Shown here: piece by piece, positions 53,791 to 64,000 of the stretch | How the letters are laid out: every line of letters starts with the position of its first letter | How positions within the stretch are numbered: position 1 is the first letter of the stretch | From: Octopus sinensis | Lineage: Eukaryota | NCBI RefSeq assembly: GCF_006345805.1 | Contig: NC_043006.1 | Coordinates: forward strand, 92,876,001-92,940,000 | Length of the DNA stretch: 64,000 bases | Reading direction: 5' to 3' | The notes under the pieces: model-generated | Told to the model about the DNA's origin: nothing | Database searches by the model: none | What the model saw: the letters and a program-made list of their open reading frames with translations, nothing else | Program-made: the position numbers and the translations under genes

Positions 53791-54255
53791 TTTGTCCTGC
53801 TTTTCTTCCGTCAACCTGTATATAACTGCACCTTCCCTTTTTGTTGTTTTTATACTGATTAAAGGCATGTTTCTTATGTGACAAGCTTACTTTTTAAACC
53901 ATGTTTGTGTTCTCCAACTCAACAGCCTTATAATTACTGGTACTTTAAACTCTTCGGTTTCATATTTGTGTGAATAAAATCGTTATTCTTTGAAATAGAA
54001 AAATGTCTTTATTTTTTTCTTTTGTTGGTGTCTCAAATTTAGGTGAAATCAGTGTTTCTCAAAGGAGAGGCCTATGGGACGATCGGACAAGTTGTTTTGA
54101 GAAAATTTGGTTTAAATGTTTGACAACTCAGCACCGTGCGTTGGTTTGCTCGTATATATATATATATGTATATATATTATATATATACACATACATATAC
54201 ATTATATACATATATCTCCTAATATAATAATGAGTGTAACGATTTCATACATTTA

Positions 54256-54310
<55 letters not shown>

Positions 54311-54984
54311 ATTGTCCAAAATTACGGAGTAGGACAAAGTGTAGTGTAAGTGAAGGGAGGGGAGAGACAATAGTAATTCAGTGAAGGAGAAGTAGTGAGA
54401 GTAATAGCCATGACTGAGAGGGAGTGAGAGAATGTAATAGCAATGGGAGAGAGGAAGTGGCAAAGAGATCGTCGTGTATATTCTACTATATGTTGTGCTT
54501 TTCTCCGTCACAACGTATGAATGACAAAGGAAGAGGTTGAAAAAAATCAAACGGCATTTGAACTCTGTGTGAGTATTTGCGTGCATGTGTGTGTGTAGAA
54601 GGGAAGACTGTATGTGTGAGCAAGCGTTCTTTCAGTAACAAACGATGATCGATATGACATCTCAAGCGACAACGACTAGATGACATTGACAAGTTGCAAA
54701 GATATTCTATTTGTTTTGATAAAAATAATTATTACAGTCAGACACACCTCTACACAAACATATACAAACTCATTAGAGAAAATAATTATTGCCTGAGTGT
54801 ATCAAGAATATAATACGACTGCAGTTGAAAAGTATATTATAAATACAAATTTAACAGTTCATACATGTGCCTAATTTATTTGTATTGAGAAATTTCTGTA
54901 ATAAATTTTGAATCGGGAGTTTTTACATCAGCTATTAGTCACAGGCTACTTTTATGTGGCTTGAAGTCGTATGAGTTTAGGTCG

Positions 54985-55130
54985 GTTTCAGTAATGGAGA
55001 GCACAATTGAAAGGAAACATCACTTCCAAAAAGTTGGTATTTTCTTTTCAGCTCCCGTGTTTAGTCACAGTCAGCTTTATGTGGCCTTAAGTCGAACAAG
55101 AAGGAAGGAAAGCTTAAACATTCTTCTGAA
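54985..55130 (+). pseudogene. PIF1/Helitron helicase C-terminal relic
   Basis: KVGIFFSAPVFSHSQLYVALSR resembles helicase motif VI seen at 29560-29650. Confidence 0.65.
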
Positions 55131-55196
55131 GGAATCAAGCAGTGAATGGAGGTTACTTGCGGATAGAACTTTCAGAAGAAAAAATGGTAATAAAAG

Positions 55197-55470
55197 ATAA
55201 TAAATCTCTGAACGAGGTATAAACAGTAACTGCACGACAATGTGAGATATATTTGCCATCTCAGCATGGCTAACCACTAAGGGTGGGTGTTACTGTAGCT
55301 TGTAGCCCCAGGAGAACATATACTCCAGCTGGCTAAAGGCACACTTTCTGTGCCCTATCGGTATTTGCAAAGGGAGGTCATCCTTCCCTCGTCAACTTAA
55401 GTGATACGCACGGACAGCAGTTTCTGGGTGTTGACCCGTCATCAGCGTACGACAATCACTGGTTTTCGAT
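55197..55470 (-). repeat. Hammerhead repeat family C, downstream half (split by LINE)
   Basis: 55197-55285 recurs at 60837-60925 (87/89 identical); carries the HHR and one TSD copy (55457-55470). Confidence 0.9.
55407..55451 (-). ncRNA. Type I hammerhead ribozyme C (predicted; first stem II pair mismatched)
   Basis: cgtacg CTGATGA c ggg tcaaca ccc a GAAA c tgct g TC cgtgcg: 6-bp stem I (one GU), canonical core, GUC site, C-A mismatch at 10.1/11.1. Confidence 0.72.
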
Positions 55471-55722
55471 TAATTCTTTATTACGATTATAAAATCAGTA
55501 CATTGAAGAACAATACAGGACATACATACAAAAAACAGTTAAGTGGTTCGTTTTAAAAATTTCCAAAATATATGGATTATTCATTATACAAAAAACTGTA
55601 TTTAAATTGTCCTTTGCATTGACTAATATAACATTACGTTAGATTGAAATCTTACCGATATATTTTAAACCCCGGCAACCTATAAGGCCCCACAGCTTTC
55701 CTTTCCTCTTCTCCATCCATAG

Positions 55723-58700
55723 TTAAACTGGGTTTCTGACACCCACCTTTTTCGCCACTTCCTTCCATCTTTTTTCATACACACCTCGTGGTAAGGTCTT
55801 CTTTTCCAGCCCCATTTTGCTCTTCAGATGATATCTGAAGTAAGTGAGCAAGCCGGGGCCTGAGACAAAGGATCCTATTGCGACTCCTTCCACTCTTGTA
55901 CGCCACATGAATTCTTTTACTACTGCAACCGTGCAGTGAAAATATGCCTCACCTTCCTTCGAGAGTCCAGTTGGCGGTATCATCTTAATCATAGACTCAG
56001 CCGACAGCTGTACTCGTCCCAGATGCGATAAAACGTTCTGCGTAACTTATCAAGTCTGACAACTGCCGACAGTGTACAAAAGCGTGCTGGACGGTTTCAT
56101 CGTCCAACCCGCATCTTGGACATGTCGGTGGCACTGAAATTCCGTGCCTCGATAACTTCTCGCGAACAGGTAAAGCATTCCTATAACACTGCCAGGCCAG
56201 GGATTTTGGAAATTATCCAAATACCCCGTCCTGAAAGTCTTTTTAAACAGGTTGGTAAGCTGTTCTTCGTCGAACCCCAGAGCCCCTCCTAGGACGTCGT
56301 CGTTCTTTGCCTCTACCAGCCTGCTATAAAATACCGAGGTGGTATTTCCGCAGCCGGCCTTGCCCGCCTTGTGGATCAGCGTGAGTGCCTGTCGGCACTC
56401 TTTTGCCATAATGTCAGATTCCGTCTTTTGATGCAACCGGGTTTAAAATTCACTAAGGAAGACGGTCTCGGGAAATATTCCCCTGCCAGCGGACTCCACA
56501 CCTTATCACCCTCCAGGTGGTGCCAGAGATGCTTCAGCCTCAATGCATGTCTGCGCATCATCAACCAAGGCATTCCTAACCCACCCTTTAACAGTTCCTG
56601 GCAGCAAACGGAGCGCCTCACAAGTGGCTTTCCTCCCTTCCACAAAAAGCGGAAAAGGATTCGCTCCAACTTGCTAAGCCATGAATCGGGGCAAGGGACA
56701 ACGGTCAGGCGGTAAGTGATTACAGATGCAATGAACATCTGTACCACCTCCGCCCTTCCTTTCAAGGACAGAAACCTTCCGGACCAGGTCCGTACTATGG
56801 CCTCCACCTTGTCCGTCACCTCACTCCAATTCCTCTCCGTTTGGGAGTCTGGCCCAAACCAAACTCCTAGCAACTTAACATCTGTCCAGTGTCCCACGGC
56901 ACTGGACGATATCGACTTGCTCCTCCAGGTGCCAAGGTGTAAGCCAATCGACTTGTCCTTGTTAACTTTTGCTCCTGCCACCGCCTCGTATTCTCTGATA
57001 GCATCTTCTACACAAATTAGCTGAGCCTCATTGGACACGATGAGAGTGACGTCATCCGCATAAGCAGAAACCGTCCTCCTGCCTCCGATCTCATCCGGGT
57101 TACTTCCCAGCCTCTCCAACTTTCCCAGCAATGGCTCGAGAGCCAACACGTACAAAAGTGGTGACAAGGGGCACCCTGGACGAACTGAACATTCGATCGA
57201 AAACGGTTCCGTTAGGTAACCGTTTATCTGGACGGTGGACGTGATGCCGCTATACATAGCGGAGATCCACCCGCGAAATTCAGGGCCCAGTCCAGCCGCT
57301 TCGAGGACCGTCGCCAGGTACTTATGGTCTACCCTATCGAACGCTTTACTTTGGTCTAAATGGACCATTACCCCGCCCTTGTCGGTTAATTTACCCACCA
57401 TATCTAAGGTGTAGCGTATAAGGTGAAGATTGTCCTGGATCGACCTGCCTGGAATTGCACATGTCTGTGCTTTCCCTACAAGTTTCTCCACGACAGTCGT
57501 CAACATTTTTGCCAACACCTTGGCCAAAATCTTTAACTCTACATTAAGTAGAGTTATGGGCCTGTAATTACTAATGTTATCCCCCTTGCTCGGGTCTTTC
57601 TGGATTAGCGTCACCACTCCCCGGCTTCCAGAACTGGGAATTCTCCCGTTCTGCTGCCAGTTCGCGTAGAAGCCTGCCAGTATTCCCCCGAACAAGTCCG
57701 GCATACTTTGATAAAACTCGTAGGGCAGACCATCCAACCCCGGCGACTTCTCCCCGGCACATCCGGCCAGTACCCCCTCTATCTCCGCTGGAGTGATTGC
57801 TCCTTCACAGCACTCCACCTCACGCCCCGAAAGCCGCGGTCCGCCGGCTAGGAAGTCCTTTAAGCCCCCCCGAACTCACGGGCGAAATGCTGGTGAAGAA
57901 ACTTTTGCATATCCTCCTGTCCATAGATCTTGTGTCCCTGTTCGTCAGTTAAAGACTTGATTGAAGCTTTGTTACCTCTCTGACTCTCCACTCGACGGGC
58001 CCATCGGGCAACGTTAATACCTTCTCGTTTCCCTGCGCGTAGCTTAGCTCTAACTCTGCAACCTTCGTGTTTGGAGTTAAGGTGACGGTACAATACCGCC
58101 CTTGCCGCCATCACTCCGGATGCAGAGCCAGATTCCATTGCCTCGTTTAGATTCTTAACTAAATCGTCCTCTATCCTAGACCTATGTAACCTTAGCTGAT
58201 TGCTAAATCTAATGGACTCTGAACGAATGGCTCTTTTGAGGGTGTCCCACCATCTATTGTTAATGATGGTGCCACATAATGCCCTCTGTACTAACACCTT
58301 AATCCGGGTACGGAAGTCTTCACAATTCAAAATAGACTTGTTCAGCTTCCAGTACCCGGATCCCTGTCTATGGCACTTATCTAATTGCACCCTACAAGTC
58401 ACAAATTTGTGATCCGTGTAAGGCACAATGTGAAACTCTGGACAACTAAACGTATCCTTATCTCTTTTCCTAACGAATATCCTATCTATATACGATCTGC
58501 GTGAGCCGTCGTTGTTACTCCACGTCCACTGTGGAACGCTCGGCTCATCCAGTCGATAACGATCTACTAGATTAAAGCTCTCTAGTAGACCCTTGAGGCT
58601 AGGGTTCCCCTTCCTATTGGTTGAGCCAACACTGTCGACCCGCGCTTCGAGGACAGTGTTAAAGTCCCCTACTAAGACTACCGTTTTCGACGTCACTAAA

Positions 58701-59077
58701 ACGTGCTCCAGATTCTGAAAAAAACCCGACTGCCTACACTCATTCGGAGCGTAGACAGCTACCAACCTGAAGGACTGTTTACTTACGTGGGTCACATCCA
58801 GAACGACCAGCCTGTCTTCTGGGTCCAGAAAGACAGTACTTACCTGCAAGTCCAAGCTCTTCCTGATAAGGACTGCCACGCCCCTTCCTCCCCCTCGGCT
58901 AGGAGAAATAAATTTCTCGAAACCATTTAGAAGAGGCGAGAACGCTTGGGCCCCGTTCATCTTGGACTCGGTTACAATAGCTACGTCTACTCCGTGTGTC
59001 GTGAGGTCTTTCAGGAGACAAATTTATTTCCATTTCGACCCCATTCCACGCACATTCACACAACCCAGCTTTGCCAT
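55723..59077 (-). pseudogene. LINE ORF2 (APE endonuclease + RT + C-terminal Cys motif), disabled
   Basis: ATG 59077 MAKLGCVNVRG with a stop at codon 18. VGDFN, SYIDRIF, TDHK, KSPGLDG, NYRPITLLN, DQSKAFDRVDH, GCPLSPLLY, YADD. Frameshifts near 57860, 56440 and 56050. Confidence 0.93.
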
Positions 59078-59480
59078 TGTCGGAGAGAGAGAGAAAAAAA
59101 ACTTACGGTTGAGACAGGGAGCATGCCAGTTTAAATCTGCATGCTTCCCCTTCTTCCTCCCTTGTGGTCGTAGCTGCTGGGCTCTTAACCGGCGTTGCCA
59201 TCGGGCTCTGGGTAGGTGTGGTTGCCGGGGTTATAGTAAGTTTGCCCTCCGGTATTTCGTTAGTTACGTCTCTGATAAGGTTATTTTTAAAATGTTCTTG
59301 GAGTGTTTTTTCCTTCCACTTGTCTTCCTTTATTTTTGCAAAACGAGTGGTCGACTTAGTGTCTGCAGACTTACTGAATAATTTCAGTTTTGAAATTTAA
59401 AATACATAAACACTCTATCGTTCCTCTCGTCGAATGCTACAATCTTTTCATTTTTTTAATCAATTTTTTCCAATCTTGTT

Positions 59481-60504
59481 TTATGGGGAGGGGCTTGGCG
59501 AACTGTGTTCCAATGAATACTGGGCCGTGGGGGTAGGGCTGGGGAATTTGTTTTGTATGTATCTCTGCGGTGTTTGCTGATTTTTTCTTTGTTTGGGGAG
59601 GGGAGTCACCTGTGTAAATTCCATTTGTTCATTTTTATCTTCCGTTTCGATTCCCTTCCTTATCGCAGTCTTGGGGTCTTTTTCCGCCTTTTCTTTTTCT
59701 GTGTTTGAAGCACTTTGAGGAGGGGCTTCGCTGTTTTTCTCTTTTTTTATGCAGTTCGAGCGGACGTGACCCTTTTCACCACATTTGAAACACCTAGGTC
59801 TGCGCCCCTCCACTGACACTCTCATTGTAATTCCCTCCTCAATAAATACCCTATCGGGTAAGTTTTCTAGCACATTATTTTCTGCTTGAACGAGGAGTTC
59901 GAGCGCTTGTCCCTTCCAGTTTACCTCCTCTTTCCTTTTCATCTGCAGAATTGAGACTTTCTGCTCTACGTCGTGCAGAACCGCCGCTGCTACCCACATT
60001 ATATCATATCCTCTTGGAATGTCTTCCACATATAGTTTCGCAGTTCTTTTGCCCATATAGGTAGGTAGTAACATGATGTCCTCACTTTTAAGGTCATCGA
60101 TGAAATCTCTCTTGCCACATCAGCCGAGTCGAAATGTGCTTCAACGGTAGCGCTGCGGGCACCTCGACCGACGTAGCGAATTTTGCTCCACACCGAGGAC
60201 AAGCACTTCTCTACTATTTCGTTCTTCACGTCCATTATTTTTTTCTCTTTGTTACTGTAAACCTTGTACACCACTGTCTTGGCCTTTATTTCCTGTAATA
60301 TCGCTTGCGGCGGTACCAGTTTTATTTCGTTGCCTTCTTTTTGACCAAGTTCCGGTATTCGAACAGCTGTTCTATTTTGAATTCCACTTCCGTTACGGTT
60401 CCGCCCACTGCGGCCGAAAAAGACTGTTTTCTAACCTCGATATCCTTCTGTTCGCCTTTTCCCATCACGGGAAAGTCGCTCCTCGACGCCAAGTCGAACT
60501 CCAC
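59481..60504 (-). pseudogene. LINE ORF1 with CCHC zinc knuckle, frameshifted
   Basis: CFKCGEKGHVRSNC; three ORF pieces in different frames upstream of ORF2. Confidence 0.88.
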
Positions 60505-60741
60505 TTCTCAAATTATGAGAACCAATTTTTCAAAAAAAAAAAAATTACCCCGAAGGTAATAACAATGTTTATACACAGAATTTTCAGCCCCGTAGGGCGA
60601 AAATTACTGTCACACAACGGACAACTGTTCAATTCACGAGCAAACACAAACAACGACGAACAAAAAACGAACTCACTCAACAAAATAGGCAGCTAACTTC
60701 TCAATACGCAGATGAAAGAGGGGTCCCTAGACGAGTCAAAA

Positions 60742-60925
60742 CACCGGTTTTCGATGAAAGGAGTTCCCAATGCAAATATTTATATCCTTTTTCCAGTAAC
60801 TTTTTGTCACTGATCTTGAAAAAGTGTATACAAGCAATAATAAATCTCTGAACGAGGTATAAACAGTAACTGCACGACAATGTGAGGTATATTTGCCATC
60901 TCAGTATGGCTAACCACTAAGGGTG
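60742..60925 (-). repeat. Hammerhead repeat family C, upstream half
   Basis: Contains the second TSD copy and the 89-bp direct repeat. Confidence 0.85.
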
Positions 60926-61240
60926 CAAAGATTTATTAAAATAAAAAGTTGGTTTTGTACGTTATTTATATTTAAATTACTACAATTAGCCGTCATTTTT
61001 GACGGCACGGGGCAAGCTAGTATACATAGATACACCCCACACACACACATATATATATTTCTTTTACTCATTTATTCTTTTATTTCTTTCAACCATACGG
61101 TCATGTTGGAGCAGCATCGTGTTTTGAATCGTTAGTTATGATTATGCTGTTGTGTTAAAAATAATTACTACAATCACACACATCTATACAAACACATACA
61201 AACTCATTAGGGAAAATAATTATTGCCTGAGTGTTACTCT

Positions 61241-61355
61241 ATACATACATACATACATACATACATACATACATACATACATACGTACATACATACATAC
61301 ATACATACATACATACATACGTACATACATACATACATACATACATATACATACA

Positions 61356-61389
<34 letters not shown>

Positions 61390-61395
61390 CATATA
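61241..61395. repeat. (ATAC)n microsatellite
   Basis: Direct reading. Confidence 0.97.
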
Positions 61396-61826
61396 TGATT
61401 GCTGCAACCTCATGTTCGTGTATTGCCATCACCTGATCGAATGTCCTACACATGCAAAATATAGGAGCAGACATTTTTATGATAGATCTTAATTTTTACG
61501 AGTGATGCATGATGATTTTTTTGTTACTTGAACAAATCTAATCCCACTCTCTGAACGTGGACAAGGGCCAACCGCACGCCTTGATACGAACCCATATATA
61601 CACATACACACATATTGTTGGATGCCCGTTGACTGCTCATGAGCTGTTCCGTCCTTTGACAGGTCTTATTTCTTGTCCTGAAGGGTTTCCAACAACCACC
61701 CTCCTCAGCAAGCGAGCTTGATGGAGTTGCTAGTTTAGTCACCCACGATCCGGCCATGCAACATGTTGTACTGGGTTAGATACACATACATGCATACATA
61801 CACACACAAACACACGCAAATAGGTG

Positions 61827-61902
<76 letters not shown>

Positions 61903-61960
61903 TATATATATAAGTTCAGCAAAATTTAGATTCAAATGAATATGGTACTTAAGTTAGATG

Positions 61961-62013
<53 letters not shown>

Positions 62014-62084
62014 ATATACATATGAATGTACTATATATGCATACTCGCGCGCACAGATATATGTATGTATATACGTGTACATGT

Positions 62085-62120
<36 letters not shown>

Positions 62121-62574
62121 GTCCGTTCCTCCGTAGGAAAGACATCAATTGTGTTGTAATTGAGAAACATAAACTTGAAGATTTCAGAATTTTATACCTC
62201 TTCTCTCTCTCTCTGTTTCTCTCCCTCCGACTCAATCTCATCCTGTCTTTCCTCCTCTCTTCCGTTTCTTCTATGAATGCACTATCGCTATATTAGTTAC
62301 AATAACCCACAAACCCTTCATACGTATACCAAACCGTTGCTTTTATTGATCTCATCCTAAGTTGTTGTTCTCAGTTGTCCCTAACCAACCTTAATTGAGA
62401 GCCATCTGCTTTATTCTGTTTTGCTCAGAAGTGAAACATTTTTCTATGATTTTTTTTCCCTATATTTCAACTTTAGATTATTAAAGAACATATCCAATGT
62501 CGCGTTTACGACTATATATAAATAGACTTCCATGTCTGTTTTATAACAATGTAACTGTATAGAAGCATATATAT

Positions 62575-62828
62575 ACTCTTTTACTCTTTTACTTGTTTTA
62601 GTCATTTGACTGTGGCCATGCTGAAGCACCGCCTTTAGTCGAGCAAATCGACCACAGGACTTATTCTTTGGAAGCCTAGTACTTAATCTATCGGTCTTTT
62701 TTCCGAACCGCTATGTTGTGTGGACGTAAACACACCAGCATCGGTTGTCAAGCGATGTTGGGGGGACAAACACAGACACAAACATATATACACACACATG
62801 CATACATATACACACACACACACACACA

Positions 62829-62870
<42 letters not shown>

Positions 62871-62909
62871 ATATATATAATATATATATATATATATAAT
62901 ATATATATA

Positions 62910-62954
<45 letters not shown>

Positions 62955-63127
62955 CACACACATACATATATACTATACAGTTTCCGTTTACAAATTCTAC
63001 TCACAAGGTTTCGGTCGGCTCGAGGTTATAGTAGAAGACACTTGCCCAAGATGCCACGCAATAGGACTGAACCCAGAACCGTGAGGCTGGTAAGCAAGCT
63101 ACTTACCACACAGCCACTTCTGCGCCT
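62575..63127 (-). mobile_element. Complete tRNA/CORE-like SINE with central microsatellite
   Basis: Head ggcgcagaagtggctgtgtggtaag at 63127, core ttgggcaagtgtcttc, tail tgactaaaacaagtaaaagagtaaaag. Confidence 0.9.
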
Positions 63128-63140
63128 TTTTTTTAATGAT

Positions 63141-63240
63141 TACAGCACCTAGGTTTCCTAAGTGGTCACCCATCTATACTCACTAAGCTCGATGTTGCTT
63201 AACTTCGGTGATCGGACGAGAACCGGTGCTTTCAACGTGG
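63141..63240 (-). pseudogene. 5S rRNA pseudogene, about 13 nt 5'-truncated
   Basis: Minus strand ccacgttgaaagcaccggttctcgtccgatcaccgaagttaagcaac...gatgggtgacc...ggtgctgta matches animal 5S rRNA; 3' half is diverged; followed by atcatt and A8. Confidence 0.92.
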
Positions 63241-64000
63241 ATGAATATGAATGTATGAACGTATGTATGTATTTATATTATAAGTGCATATAGTGCCGCT
63301 GTGTATATTGTACTCTCAGAGTATACATGATATATGAAAATATATCAAAGATGGCCAAAATAACAAACTAATTAATCTGAGAGGAATTCTGTAATATTGA
63401 CAGCTATCTAACTTGTCATATAAGGAAGAAAATCAGACGAGCTCTTCTTTCAAGTCTGTTTTTTAGCACTAATGTTGTTTTTCTTTTTCCTTCCAATATT
63501 TTAATGATCCAGAAATAAGTAATGTGAAAAGACTACTGTTCGATTGTATGAAATCTCATGAGACTGATGGCGAGTGTTGGATGTGTGTATGTAGCCTTGT
63601 CTTTTAACTATGGACTGTTCATCATAAATAGATACATTATATATGTGTGTGCATATATGTATATATATATTCACACATGTATACACACACACATGTACTC
63701 ACACGTACACAACAATATATGTGTATTAGTCTTTCTGTACACAGAGTTCATTTCCAAAAGTTCTGTAATGTATTTATAATGTCCCGCTTATTTCAAGTGA
63801 CAACCAATTTCTATAACCATGACAATGTCCATTACCAAAAACAATCCGTATACCTTTAGGATCGTTTGACATTTTGCTAATATGTATTCTTTGGAGATTT
63901 CATTTAATTCTTACACTACATTGATATCAGGTTATAATTTTTTCCTTTTCTATACAAGTTTGTCGTCTCCATTCATTTCCATTGTATACATAATTAGTTT

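Larger units (their letters stand above)
55471..60741 (-). mobile_element. Near full-length Tx1/L1-clade LINE, 5271 bp, with 14-bp TSD
   Basis: TSD cactggttttcgat (55457-55470) / caccggttttcgat (60742-60755), 1 mismatch. 5' UTR, CCHC ORF1, APE-RT ORF2, AATAAA 6 nt before the 3' TSD. Confidence 0.93.

Noticed and set aside
55197-55285. 89-bp direct repeat read as the LINE's TSD
   Set aside because: A proper 14-bp TSD abuts the LINE ends, and the 37061 fragment shows the 89 bp is internal repeat-family sequence.
58962-59400. Plus-strand ORFs overlapping LINE and mariner coding regions (also 2145-2399, 2776-3099, 56371-57024, 58200-58930)
   Set aside because: They are antisense shadows of transposon ORFs with no motifs of their own.
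61600-61765. Possible RTE LINE 5' UTR fragment
   Set aside because: Impression from composition only; no second copy or ORF.

Overview
Eukaryotic, AT-rich, microsatellite-dense DNA. The repeat families suggest an octopus-like cephalopod (inference from memory, not a database match). No intact host gene is supported; most listed ORFs are simple-repeat artefacts. The window is a transposon mosaic: two CR1/L2-group LINE remnants, a full-length and a deleted mariner, a DD37D (maT) remnant, a Helitron with Rep/PIF1 pseudogene plus non-autonomous Helitrons, a Penelope-like element (RT + GIY-YIG), a near full-length Tx1/L1-type LINE, many tRNA-derived SINEs and a 5S rRNA pseudogene. The main signal the ORF track misses is a set of type I hammerhead ribozyme (HHR) folds in three unrelated repeat families. 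(A) An ORF-less 535-bp tandem plus fold-back array has 3 HHRs (29.9-31.5 kb). (B) The Penelope pseudo-LTRs have 4 HHRs with a compensated U3-A8 core (31.7-36.1 kb). (C) A 355-bp HHR repeat is split 5 nt upstream of its ribozyme by the Tx1-type LINE, with a 14-bp target-site duplication (55.2-60.9 kb). Ribozyme activity is predicted from sequence only.
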